NCBI GenBank assembly: GCA_964587105.1
Contig: CAZPKG010000004.1
Location: forward strand, 153,443 to 217,442
Length of the DNA stretch: 64,000 nt
Origin: an uncultured Alphaproteobacteria bacterium
GTDB taxonomy: Bacteria; Electryoneota; RPQS01
Direction of reading: 5' to 3'
The notes under the pieces were generated by a model, which was not told the DNA's origin, searched no databases, and was given only the letters and a program-made list of their open reading frames with translations. This document shows positions 9,780 to 19,675 of the stretch, piece by piece. Positions within the stretch are counted from its first letter, which is position 1. The number at the start of each line of letters is the position of its first letter. A program made the position numbers and the translations under genes.

Positions 9780-11555
9780 ATGGCTCGCCAAAAGCCGCTT
9801 TTTCGCAGACTCTTCATCCCCTATGTTGGTGTGGCCTTAGTCACGCTGGTCTTACTGTTGCTGTTCATTGGCTCAGCATTCCGGCGAGCCGAATTGAACC
9901 AACTCGAAACCAGTATCGGCCAGCGCGTCAATCTGACTCTTCCCGATATCGCGGAACGAATGGAATCCGCAACGCACGAACACCTCTGTAGCCTGCTTCG
10001 CGATCATGCGGATGCAGGCGATTTTCGTTTAACCCTGATCGATCGCACGGGCAACGTCATCGCTGAAAGTGATACAGTTCCGGAAGCTGTTCCAAACTTG
10101 GCCAATCGCCCTGAGATTTTGGTGGCGCTGCTTGGTCGGCGGGGAAGCTCAATCCGCGAAAGTCAGGAGTTCGGTTATACCTATTGCTTTGTGGCCGAGC
10201 CGATCATAATGGACGGCATGGTCATCGGGGCTTTGCGCGGTGGCGAGCGGATTATTGCTTCACGATGGGAACTGCTGAAGCGGACCGGCGGACTAATCGG
10301 AGTATCCGTCTTCTTGGTCGGATTCGGCGTTATCCTGATCTTTTTCGTTGTTCGGCGTGTCGCCGTCCCGATTGAAACGCTTCGACAAGGCGCATCGCGC
10401 TTCGCGCAAGGCAAACTCGACGAACGTCTCGATGAACCAGACACAACTGAACTGGCGTCGCTAAGCCATGCGCTGAACCACATGGCAGGCCAACTCGATG
10501 ACCGCATCCGCACTGTGGAACGCCAGCGGGAGGAGCAGGAGGCCGTACTCACGGCCATGCTCGAGGGAGTGCTCGCGGTTGATCGCGACGGTCAAGTCAT
10601 TATGATCAATAGCGCTGCCGCCAGACTCTTTGAAGTTGACCGAGAGCGCGCCAAAGGGCGCACCATTGAAGAAGCTGTTCGCAGCACGGACATTCACAAC
10701 TTCGTCAGGCTTACACTCAGCGCCGCCCAGCCGGTGGAGCGCGAGATTATTCGCTACGAAAATCAGGAGCGTGTACTCCAATTACGCGGTACACCGATTT
10801 TGGACGGCGGCGACGTTGCAGGCGTCGTGATCGTAATCAACGACGTCACGCAAATGCGCCGTCTCGAAGTTACCCGCCGCGAGTTTGTTGCCAATGCCAG
10901 TCACGAACTAAAAACTCCCGTTACGGCCATTAAGGGTTCAATCGAAACCTTGCGGGAGGGTGCGATGGCCAACCCGCGCGATGCCGAACGCTTTCTGGAT
11001 ATGATGGCACGGCAAGCCGATTACTTGCAATCGATCATAGAAGATCTGCTTAGTCTGGCGCGAATTGAACAAGCCTCGGAGAGTAACAAGCTTGCGGCTG
11101 AACGGCAAGAATTGCTTCCAATTCTCCAAGACGCCGTCGAGGCCACCTCCACCTCAGCCGAAGCCCGCGGCCAAAAAGTCGTGCTTACATGTCCGGAAGA
11201 ATTGTCTGCGACCTTCAATCCGTTCTTGATTCGGCAGGCGGTCATTAACTTGATTGACAATGCCTGCAAGTATAGCCCGGAGCGCACGCAAGTGGACGTA
11301 CGAGCCGAAATCAAAAACAAGATGCTGGTCATCTCAGTGGAAGATCGCGGCCCCGGCATTGCCGAGAAACATCTGCCGCGCATCTTTGAACGGTTCTATC
11401 GCGTCGAAGCATCGCGCAACCGAAAGTATGGCGGCACCGGTTTAGGGCTTGCCATAGTAAAACATGCAGCCTTAGCGCACGGCGGTACGACTGAAGTTGA
11501 CACGCAGTTGGGACGCGGCAGTACATTTTCAATTCACATCCCCACCGAACGTTAA
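9780..11555 (+). CDS. phoR: PhoR-like sensor histidine kinase (TM, HAMP, PAS, HisKA, HATPase)
   Basis: FVANASHELKTP H-box; NLIDNACKY; DRGPGI; FERFYRV; GGTGLGLAIVKH. Confidence 0.75.
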   Translation: MARQKPLFRRLFIPYVGVALVTLVLLLLFIGSAFRRAELNQLETSIGQRVNLTLPDIAERMESATHEHLCSLLRDHADAGDFRLTLIDRTGNVIAESDTVPEAVPNLANRPEILVALLGRRGSSIRESQEFGYTYCFVAEPIIMDGMVIGALRGGERIIASRWELLKRTGGLIGVSVFLVGFGVILIFFVVRRVAVPIETLRQGASRFAQGKLDERLDEPDTTELASLSHALNHMAGQLDDRIRTVERQREEQEAVLTAMLEGVLAVDRDGQVIMINSAAARLFEVDRERAKGRTIEEAVRSTDIHNFVRLTLSAAQPVEREIIRYENQERVLQLRGTPILDGGDVAGVVIVINDVTQMRRLEVTRREFVANASHELKTPVTAIKGSIETLREGAMANPRDAERFLDMMARQADYLQSIIEDLLSLARIEQASESNKLAAERQELLPILQDAVEATSTSAEARGQKVVLTCPEELSATFNPFLIRQAVINLIDNACKYSPERTQVDVRAEIKNKMLVISVEDRGPGIAEKHLPRIFERFYRVEASRNRKYGGTGLGLAIVKHAALAHGGTTEVDTQLGRGSTFSIHIPTER

Positions 11556-11574
11556 ACACGGCAAAGGTTCATTA

Positions 11575-11609
11575 AAAAGGCCGACGCATTCACGATGCGC
11601 CGGCCTTTT
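11575..11609. terminator. Bidirectional intrinsic terminator between convergent genes
   Basis: AAAAGGCCG-A-CGCAT tcacg ATGCG-C-CGGCCTTTT stem with A/T tracts on both sides. Confidence 0.8.
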
Positions 11610-11626
11610 CTATTGTCAACTCCAAA

Positions 11627-13243
11627 CTATCTGCGAACAAACAACTGAAACCCGTTCAGTTCCTCAGTTGCCGTATAGTGGCTTTCAATATAGCTAAAGT
11701 AGTCGTACTGTTTCAAATAGTCCAGCATTCGAAACTCACGCGGACACGCCTGAGGGTGTTCATTTGACTTAATCGCGATCAGAATCGGCGCTCTTTTCTC
11801 GATATCAGAAAAAAGGTCGCGCAGAAATGTTGATTCAAGTTTGCTCATTTCGGCGAGCTTATGATATTGAAACTCTTTCCGACTATGGTGCTTATCTACT
11901 TCGTAACACAACGGAACAGGTGCCGACACAAGATATCGGGATGCAGGAACCAAACCTAATTGCATGATCATCGGATAAGCGGGAGCAACTCCCGTATCAA
12001 TAAATAGCACAGAGTCACCGGGTTGTGTATATCGATCAACAGCTTTGTAAAGTTCCGTCGGAACGCTGCGTTCGTGCAGGAAGCGATCCATGCTGTAAAC
12101 TCGAAAGACACAAAATACGAGTACTCCGGCCAGTGCAACACGACCAAGCACAATTGAAAAATAAGGAATTGCGATAGAACTGCGAGCTGTGGTGTCAGAC
12201 TCTCTCGCAAAGGCAAGTGAAAACGATCCAAGCAAACTCGCAAGCGTCGCCGCTCCTACTCCGATCGGAATGGCGTGGTACTTCCAGCCTTTTAGCTGTG
12301 CAACATAAACCACTGCAGCGGTTAGAGTCGCATAGGCCAAACCAAGAATGAGTCTGCGACCTTCGCTACCAAAGTATCTGCTGACAAGAATCGCAATGCC
12401 GACCGCAATGGCCGGCACAATAAAATACGTCTTTGCGATTACGGCAACTATGCCGTTTGCATAGGCGTCATAATGCAGGGCCACTTCGGGCGCCCAAACA
12501 TAGAGCAAAGCGTTGATCATCTCCGCCGGAACGAAGAAAAAGTGCGCGACGTAAATCATACCGGCAGCTACAACGAACAAAAACTCAGTGGCAAGAAACG
12601 GTTTGAACCGACGAAAGGCAAGCAGCCAATAAATCTCCGGCGCCAGTGCGATGATAAGGAAGAATGGCTTTAAGCAAACTCCGACAGCGGCAGCTACGCC
12701 AATGGTTGCGGCGCGAAGTAGCGAGACCTCTTCGCCTGTCCAACTCAAGTAACGGAGAAGAATAAAGGGAAAACAGAAACTGACAAAGAGATGCTCGCGT
12801 TGACCAAATTCATTTCCGATGCCCAAGAGCATAAACCCGAGATAGGTCGAAAACACAAATATTGCCGAGCGTGTGCCGTTCTTCTGGTCGAATTGTCTGA
12901 GTGACTTGTAAATGCTGCTTGCAGATAAGATCACAAGTAGCAGCGCAAGAACCGAAAACGTGGGAAGAACATTCAAACCAAGGGCGCGGGAAAGAGCAAC
13001 GGGAATCGTATTGAGGTACATGATCAGCGGCAAGTTGACCTCAACAAAATCAACATAAGGAACCCAGCCATCCAGAATCAGCTGCCCCTGTTGCAGCAGT
13101 AACGCGCAGTCATGATGAATCTGTAATGGAAAACGAGCGATCAGGAAGATCTTGGCCGCAATAAACCCAATCGCAATTATCAAAAAAATTGCAGATAGTC
13201 CACCTCGAGCTAAGGAAGTCTTGGCGATGCCGCTCAAAAACAT
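11627..13243 (-). CDS. Polytopic membrane protein, probable GT-C fold (ArnT/PMT-like) glycosyltransferase
   Basis: About 10-12 hydrophobic segments; first loop HHDCALLL...GWVPYVDFVEVNLPL; KPFF motif; soluble C-terminal domain. Start uncertain (the ORF extends to 13333). Confidence 0.55.
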   Translation of the reverse strand: MFLSGIAKTSLARGGLSAIFLIIAIGFIAAKIFLIARFPLQIHHDCALLLQQGQLILDGWVPYVDFVEVNLPLIMYLNTIPVALSRALGLNVLPTFSVLALLLVILSASSIYKSLRQFDQKNGTRSAIFVFSTYLGFMLLGIGNEFGQREHLFVSFCFPFILLRYLSWTGEEVSLLRAATIGVAAAVGVCLKPFFLIIALAPEIYWLLAFRRFKPFLATEFLFVVAAGMIYVAHFFFVPAEMINALLYVWAPEVALHYDAYANGIVAVIAKTYFIVPAIAVGIAILVSRYFGSEGRRLILGLAYATLTAAVVYVAQLKGWKYHAIPIGVGAATLASLLGSFSLAFARESDTTARSSIAIPYFSIVLGRVALAGVLVFCVFRVYSMDRFLHERSVPTELYKAVDRYTQPGDSVLFIDTGVAPAYPMIMQLGLVPASRYLVSAPVPLCYEVDKHHSRKEFQYHKLAEMSKLESTFLRDLFSDIEKRAPILIAIKSNEHPQACPREFRMLDYLKQYDYFSYIESHYTATEELNGFQLFVRR

Positions 13244-13744
13244 ACAACACCATATATATGACAAAGTCACTGAACAGCATAACACAGCGTTCCGTTCAAC
13301 GTAGAACGTAATGCGATGATTGCAGAAATGCAATGGTTGTCAGCTTGGAAAAGCAGCAAATAAAAGGGTAAAAAAAGTATGTCATAAAAAAGTGTGAAGC
13401 ATTCTTCACACCATTGAACGGCAAGCGCACCAAACTCTAATATCGAAAATTCACCAAACGCTGTCAAAGAATCGAATTGACCTGAATGTCTCGACGCTAC
13501 GAGATCAAATTGTTGACATATTCCGCGAGAGGCATGCTCGAATCCACTCCGAAAAGTGTTCCAGCACGCCGCGCAAGATCTGTCGAAATAAATGAAAAAT
13601 AGAATTTTACGTTTGCTGATAGAATGCTATGCGGCAAAATCAGATGCAAATAACAATAGCGCGGCTCTTGCGTTTGGATGAGTCGCGCCCTACATTTAAG
13701 AAATGGCCTTGGTATGCCGCCACCGATGAGAAACCGGAGGTACT

Positions 13745-16700
13745 ATGAAACGCTTCCTTGTCGCTCTTCTTCTCGTGTTTTCTGTCCATTGTGCTTTTGC
13801 TGCCGGGCCATCCGTCCCGATTAGCATGTTTGGAACGCCGGAGATCACAGGCCTCGCGCCCGATCCGCTCTCAGTTACATCGTCGAGCCCTTCGTTGACA
13901 ACAATCTCGATGGTCAATCCGGCCATTGAGATTACTAACGAAAATCTCGATTTCCAATCTTGCCAAGTGGCCACTCTTTTAGGCGAGCCGGTCGTTTCCG
14001 AACCCGGAGCACCCGCAGTCCCGCGTGTCACGCGATTGTATCGCGTTCCCGAATTAGGTAGCATTGAGTTGGCGATTCGAGCCGCCGAGTTCGATGTGAT
14101 CGAGAATTACAACGCCTTTCCCTTTCCAATTGAAGAAGCCGGATCCATGCGCTATGAGCGGGATCCGGCTTTTTATCGTCAAGACGCATGGTATCCGGAA
14201 AACGTAGCCGAAATATCTGAGCCGATGATCTTCCGCGATTTTCGAACTGTAACCGTTACACTAAACCCGGTGCAGGTAAATCCGGTAACGCATCAAGCGC
14301 GAGTCTATCACAATATCTCGGTGGACATTGTCGCAAGCGATCAGCCCGGCCTCAATGAACTGACGCGCCCGCATCGCCCGTCCGGCGCTTATGCCTCGCT
14401 CTATCGTGGCTCCATTCTCAATTTGGAGGATAGCGCTTTAGATGACGAGACCACCACGCCGGGAACATATCTAATTGTTGCTCGAGATAACGCGACTCTA
14501 AACCCCTGGGTTGATAGTCTGGTCGAATGGCGTACCCGCTGCGGTTTCGACGTGGTGCTCAGAAGATTTACGGCGCTGCCAACTTCGTTGCAAGTGAAAA
14601 ATACGATTCAAGAGGTTTTCGACAACTCAGTTCCGCCCCTTGAGCACGTCTGCATAGTTGGTGATCCGCAAGGCAACTTCGCGATTCCAACCAACTCAAA
14701 TAGCGGCATGGATCATTACTATGCGCGCTTGGCGGGCAACGATATTATCCCCGATGTCTCTATTGGTAGAATCTCTGTTTCTGATCAATCTCAAATGTCA
14801 ACCACATGGCGAAAGCTTGTGGCCTATGAGCGCGAGCCGTTGATTGACAGCACAGGGTGGTTCTCGAAAAGTTTGCTTTACGCCATCGTGGGAATGCAGC
14901 AGCCTACGAATTTGCTCGTAACGCAATGGGCTGATCAACAGCTAAGGGAATTCACGGGAATACAAAACAACACGATTTCTTTTGCGACAGGTCAGGCCAA
15001 CGCGCAGTTTATTCAAAACCAATTCAATTCCGGAATAAGTTTGTTTCTCTATGCTGGTTACTGGATTGGTACGCTACAGGATATCTCATCAAGCTGTTTA
15101 AGCGGGTCGCGGCTGCCGGTTTGCGTTCTAATGGCTGGCGGAACCGGATACTTTGAAAACAACTTCAGCTTAGCTGAAGCATTTACATTTGCTGGCACAC
15201 CTACAAGTCCCCGTGGCGGAGTTGCGGCAATTGGCTACCTCGGCGCCGACGAGAACGGTCCGTTCTTCCGAACTTTCGGTGTCGGCTTCATTCGCGGAAT
15301 TAGCTCGTTGCAATTGGACAGGGTTGGTCTCTGTCAAATGGCAGGGTTCCTGACTCTACATGAAACGTATGGTGGAAACAATCAAATCTACACCCAACGG
15401 TTGCCGCACGTAAATCTCATGGGCGATCCCGCGCTCAGAATGTGGACGGATATTCCGACGACGCTTTCCGTTGTTCACCCGACCGCAATTGCGATTGGCG
15501 CTCGTGAATTTCAAGTCACCGTTTCTGAATCCATGACAGGGATGCCGATTCCCGATGCCTTGGTAGTGGCACAGATACAGAATGAATCTCCCATTCGGGT
15601 GCTAACAGATTCGGCTGGGTTCGCACGCCTGCCTGTAGCGATTGACAACCTCGGAACGCTTAAGTTGACGGTGACTAAGCACAATTGTAAACCCTTTCTT
15701 GCCGATGTACCTTGTCAATCAGCCGACCTAATGGTCTCGATCGACGCCTTGATCATCGACGATGATAACATTGGCGAAACGTCAGGCAACAACAACCACG
15801 AGTTCAACCCAGGCGAGGTGATCGACTTAGATATTGTGCTGGAAAACTTTGGAACAACTATTGAAGGAACAAATATCTCTGCGGAACTTGTTAGTCCGAG
15901 TCCTGAAGTGCAGGTTATAAACTCAATCTCAGGTTATCCGAATTTGCAACCGGGTCAACAGTCAGTCGGCCTGACAGCATTTAGAATCCATGTATCGCCG
16001 AATATGCAGGATGAGAGTTCGACAATGCTTGAACTGCATGTGACGGCTTCCAATGAAGAAAACATTAGCGCCATCCCCGTTCTATGTCATGCCGGAGACG
16101 CCGAATTTGTTTCCTATGAAATCCTCGCGTTGCCGTGGGATCCCGGAACAAGCAGGGATGTCATCTTAACCATTGCAAATCTTGGCACTCTCCCGATGAG
16201 CGGCGTAACCGGCGAATTGATTTCGCGGGACTCGAGTGTCACGGTTCTGGACAATGGCGGTGTTTTCGGAGATATTCAAGTCGGCGGTTCAGCGACCAAC
16301 GCTCCAGATGTTTTTACAGTTGCTGCAAGCTCATTGACGCCTCGTGGCCATCAGGCTCAAATGAGACTGATTATCGAAACCGCAACCGGATTTCATGACA
16401 GTGTGGATTTCAGCATGGCTTGCGGAGCTGCCGCGCCTATCGATCCTGCGGGGCCGGATGCCTTTGGCTACTATGCCTTCGACGACATCGATACGGCCTA
16501 CGACTCACACCCGACCTTTGAGTACTTAGATCTCAGCACAGGCGGCATTGGTGAAGATTTGAACCTGAACGATCCTGGCGAAAAGACCGATCATACGGTA
16601 ATCTATTCTGTCGTTCGCGAACTTCCGTTTCAGTTTACCTATTACGGCCAAACATTTGATACCATCACTATTTGCTCAAATGGCTGGATCGCTTTTGGGA

Positions 16701-18745
16701 ATGAAAGCTGGTGCGACGAGCCATTTGATCGTTCGATTCCTGCGGTGATGGCGCCGCAAAACATGGTAGCAATCTATTGGGATGATCTAAGGACCAGTTC
16801 GACGGGCGACGGAGTCTGGGTTTACTTCGACCATACCATATCTGCATATGTCATTCAGTGGAGAGCAACCGGCGGGGGCGTCGCATATAATCAAGCCGAG
16901 CTTGATTTCGAGATCATGATCCTGGATCCGGCTGTGTATCCTTCAAATGACGAGAATGACAAGCTCGTGTTTCTTTACAGAGATGTTACCATGAATTTGG
17001 GAGCTGTTGATCAATCTGAGGACATCGGCGGTTGCACGATTGGGATTCAGGATCATTCTGGAACTAAAGGATTGCAGCTGGTTCATCGAAATCAATATGC
17101 TCCGGGCGTGGCCGAGATCACAGATGGCCGTGTCATACTTCTTCAAACCGATATCAGACCATTGCGCGGCAATCTGGAAGGTTACGTAACCGACATACAA
17201 ACAGGCGCGCCCTTTCCCAATGCGGTTGTGAGTTTGCTTGGCACGTCACGGCAGGAATCTACCGACGCGCAAGGTTTTTATCGAATAAACGACGTAATGG
17301 TTGGAACCTACACGGCAATCGCCCATAGCGCAGGTTACAATGACGCCGTGGCATCGGAAATCGAAATCATTAATGACAGCACCCTAACCGTAAATTTCGA
17401 CTTACTCCATCCGGAATTTGAAACATCACGCGATACGATTCGTGAGTCATTGGTGGATGGTCCCACGATGCAAACAAGCTTCGAAATTTCCAATGCGGGC
17501 AACGGGCCGTTAGATTACGGGATCGAAATTGTCTTCACAAATAACGGCGAACCGGTGCGGCCATGGGAAAGCTTAGGCCACATCAATATTACGGACTTAA
17601 CTCAGGATACACGCATTCTCGGTTGCGAATTTGCGAATGAAAATTGGTATGCGACAGGTTCAAATGGCACAAACGGCGACAACTTTGTTCATGTCTTTGA
17701 TCGCGATGGGAATTACATTAGATCATTTCCTCAGCCATCCGTTGATCCAATTGGAATGTATGACTTGGCCTGGGATGGGCAGTATCTCTATGGATCGGAG
17801 AGCGGAACCGGAATCCTGCAAGGCTTCAATTTCAACGGCAACGATCAGGCGTCAGTCGCTTGCACCGCAGTCAATCCGGCGCGTGCAATTGCCTATGATC
17901 CCGCGACGGATCATTTTTGGGTGGCCGACTTAACGTCTGACATTTATGAAATTGACCGATCCGGTAACTGGATTTCTTCGATCGAGAACGCCGACGCTAT
18001 TCCGATTTCCGGACTGGCATGGCGCCCCGATGAGCCCAACGGTTATAAGCTATACGCATTGAGTCAGAATAACTCAGTGGCCTTGTGGCGAATTCACCCC
18101 GCAACTCACGCCTTCGAGTTCGTCAGGCAATTGGCCGGCAACGCAAGCGATCAAGCCGCAGGCTGTGCCATCACGACGGATTGGAACAACGCACTCTGGA
18201 CACTCGGTGCTGTCCTTCAAAACCAGGCCGGAGACCGTCTCGAAGTCTTCAACATGGGACTCAGATCGTCATGGATAACCGTGACACCGATAAATGCAAC
18301 GGTTGGCGGAGGTCAAACACAAACGGTGGCGCTTAGTTTTGACGGTTCACATTTGCGGCCTGATCAATATCATGTTTCGCTATTGATTGCTTGCCCAGTG
18401 CTGGAGCGAATTTTTGAAAGGCCGGTTGAGCTGACCGTAATCTACGACAGCGCTCCGTCGAGTGACTATCCAGAGCTTCCCGCGCGATATGCGCTATTCC
18501 AGAATTTCCCCAACCCATTTAACTCCGCTACCACAATCTCCTATGATTTGAAAATTGCGGGGCACACCGCACTAAATATCTACAACATAACCGGCCAGAT
18601 TGTCGAGTCGCTTGTGGACGAAGATCAGCTTGCGGGCAATCACAAGGTCGTCTTCAATAATCCGAGTTTGCCCAGCGGACTCTACTTCGCGCGCCTGACC
18701 AGCGGTGACTTTACAAAGACAACTAAAATGATTCTGCTGAAGTAA
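13745..18745 (+). CDS. Giant gingipain-like (Peptidase C25 family) multidomain secreted protein with T9SS-type C-terminal domain; catalytic residues appear absent
   Basis: C25 propeptide (GEPVVSEPGAPAVP...IFRDFRTVTV), C25 core (VCIVGD, DHYYARLAGND..PDVSIGRI, NLMGDPALRMW), Ig-like, CarboxypepD-like and propeller-like regions, C-terminal QNFPNPFN...GLYFARL...KMILLK. Confidence 0.8.
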   Translation: MKRFLVALLLVFSVHCAFAAGPSVPISMFGTPEITGLAPDPLSVTSSSPSLTTISMVNPAIEITNENLDFQSCQVATLLGEPVVSEPGAPAVPRVTRLYRVPELGSIELAIRAAEFDVIENYNAFPFPIEEAGSMRYERDPAFYRQDAWYPENVAEISEPMIFRDFRTVTVTLNPVQVNPVTHQARVYHNISVDIVASDQPGLNELTRPHRPSGAYASLYRGSILNLEDSALDDETTTPGTYLIVARDNATLNPWVDSLVEWRTRCGFDVVLRRFTALPTSLQVKNTIQEVFDNSVPPLEHVCIVGDPQGNFAIPTNSNSGMDHYYARLAGNDIIPDVSIGRISVSDQSQMSTTWRKLVAYEREPLIDSTGWFSKSLLYAIVGMQQPTNLLVTQWADQQLREFTGIQNNTISFATGQANAQFIQNQFNSGISLFLYAGYWIGTLQDISSSCLSGSRLPVCVLMAGGTGYFENNFSLAEAFTFAGTPTSPRGGVAAIGYLGADENGPFFRTFGVGFIRGISSLQLDRVGLCQMAGFLTLHETYGGNNQIYTQRLPHVNLMGDPALRMWTDIPTTLSVVHPTAIAIGAREFQVTVSESMTGMPIPDALVVAQIQNESPIRVLTDSAGFARLPVAIDNLGTLKLTVTKHNCKPFLADVPCQSADLMVSIDALIIDDDNIGETSGNNNHEFNPGEVIDLDIVLENFGTTIEGTNISAELVSPSPEVQVINSISGYPNLQPGQQSVGLTAFRIHVSPNMQDESSTMLELHVTASNEENISAIPVLCHAGDAEFVSYEILALPWDPGTSRDVILTIANLGTLPMSGVTGELISRDSSVTVLDNGGVFGDIQVGGSATNAPDVFTVAASSLTPRGHQAQMRLIIETATGFHDSVDFSMACGAAAPIDPAGPDAFGYYAFDDIDTAYDSHPTFEYLDLSTGGIGEDLNLNDPGEKTDHTVIYSVVRELPFQFTYYGQTFDTITICSNGWIAFGNESWCDEPFDRSIPAVMAPQNMVAIYWDDLRTSSTGDGVWVYFDHTISAYVIQWRATGGGVAYNQAELDFEIMILDPAVYPSNDENDKLVFLYRDVTMNLGAVDQSEDIGGCTIGIQDHSGTKGLQLVHRNQYAPGVAEITDGRVILLQTDIRPLRGNLEGYVTDIQTGAPFPNAVVSLLGTSRQESTDAQGFYRINDVMVGTYTAIAHSAGYNDAVASEIEIINDSTLTVNFDLLHPEFETSRDTIRESLVDGPTMQTSFEISNAGNGPLDYGIEIVFTNNGEPVRPWESLGHINITDLTQDTRILGCEFANENWYATGSNGTNGDNFVHVFDRDGNYIRSFPQPSVDPIGMYDLAWDGQYLYGSESGTGILQGFNFNGNDQASVACTAVNPARAIAYDPATDHFWVADLTSDIYEIDRSGNWISSIENADAIPISGLAWRPDEPNGYKLYALSQNNSVALWRIHPATHAFEFVRQLAGNASDQAAGCAITTDWNNALWTLGAVLQNQAGDRLEVFNMGLRSSWITVTPINATVGGGQTQTVALSFDGSHLRPDQYHVSLLIACPVLERIFERPVELTVIYDSAPSSDYPELPARYALFQNFPNPFNSATTISYDLKIAGHTALNIYNITGQIVESLVDEDQLAGNHKVVFNNPSLPSGLYFARLTSGDFTKTTKMILLK

Positions 18746-18766
18746 AACTCATTTTCATAAAATAAG

Positions 18767-18794
18767 AAGAGGGGACGCGGTTGTGTCCCCTCTT
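18767..18794. terminator. Intrinsic terminator between convergent genes
   Basis: AAGAGGGGACGC ggtt GTGTCCCCTCTT followed by a T-rich tract. Confidence 0.75.
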
Positions 18795-18880
18795 TGCTCT
18801 TTGCATGAAGCGTCTAAGCTTATGCCCTATTGGACGGTGACAGCGCAACTGCCAATCCACCCGAAATCAGTTCGAACAAA

Positions 18881-19345
18881 CTAAGCCTGCCGTTTCGATC
18901 TCTTTTTTACTGCGGTTTCAAGCAGGCTATTTCGTTGTTCTTCGCGCATCGCGGATAGATCCGCGATGGACGTCGATTTCAAGAAATCCTCGATTGCAGT
19001 TTTTGTTTTCTTCCAGTGCTTGTGGATGCAACAAGCCGTCTCATCACTGCACACACCGCAGCCGAGCAGGCAGTCTTTTGCAAGAGTCAGGCCGTCATAC
19101 AACAGAAAAATATCGTACAGCGAAATAGTCTCAGGCTTCTTAGCCAGTGCAAAACCTCCGCCCGGTCCGCGTGCGCCGGAAACAATTCCGTTTGCCGATA
19201 ATTCTCTTAAAAGTTTGGATAGAAATGGAGCAGGCAAATTTTCAGAATCCGCTATCACGGCTCCCAGCACCGGGCCGTTGGATTTGTTTTGCGCCAGATA
19301 AACTAACGCTCGAATTGCGTAACTCGTTTGCTTGGAAAAAATCAT
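18881..19345 (-). CDS. Rrf2-family transcriptional regulator (Cys-rich, probably Fe-S binding)
   Basis: MIFSKQTSYAIRAL...PAPFLSKLL...GARGPGGGFALAK; CLLGCGVCSDETACCIH. Confidence 0.9.
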   Translation of the reverse strand: MIFSKQTSYAIRALVYLAQNKSNGPVLGAVIADSENLPAPFLSKLLRELSANGIVSGARGPGGGFALAKKPETISLYDIFLLYDGLTLAKDCLLGCGVCSDETACCIHKHWKKTKTAIEDFLKSTSIADLSAMREEQRNSLLETAVKKRSKRQA

Positions 19346-19533
19346 CGGTCTCGAAATGCAATTGGAATACAACACAAAGTATGTTTGTCATACATATATA
19401 ATAGTGAATTAACCTGTCTATTGCCATTGAAGATCAACCACAATCGCGAATTTGCGGGAGTAGATGACTTAGCAGATCAGGAGCTGAGCATTACTGACGC
19501 CAGACCAAGAGTCCTCCTTAGGAAAAATAATTA

Positions 19534-19549
19534 TAGATATTTTTATCCA
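19534..19549. promoter_or_regulatory. Candidate Rrf2 operator 1 (TAGATATTTTTATCCA), overlapping a minus-strand TATAAT at 19530-19535
   Basis: Imperfect palindrome, 15/16 identical to the copy at 19658-19673. Confidence 0.6.
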
Positions 19550-19620
19550 AAAATACGATAAATTTTATCTACTAATTTGTAAATATTACAGATACAGAAA
19601 CAGTTGAATAGCTTCATAAT

Positions 19621-19649
19621 TTGACAAAGGGCTAAACTCAAATTATATT
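19621..19649 (+). promoter_or_regulatory. sigma70-type promoter of the rrf2-moaA-nar operon
   Basis: TTGACA (19621-19626), 17-bp spacer, TATATT (19644-19649), 27 bp before ATG 19676. Confidence 0.7.
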
Positions 19650-19657
19650 TAGATAAA

Positions 19658-19673
19658 TAGACATTTTTATCCA
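19658..19673. promoter_or_regulatory. Candidate Rrf2 operator 2 (TAGACATTTTTATCCA) between the promoter and the start codon
   Basis: Near-identical to operator 1; lies just downstream of the predicted transcription start. Confidence 0.6.
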
Positions 19674-19675
19674 TT

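Noticed and set aside
13420-13740. Riboswitch (for example c-di-GMP-I) in the long leader of the C25 gene
   Set aside because: Two hairpins and a GGCAAA are present, but the conserved GAAA-tetraloop/GACGCAAAGC architecture is missing.
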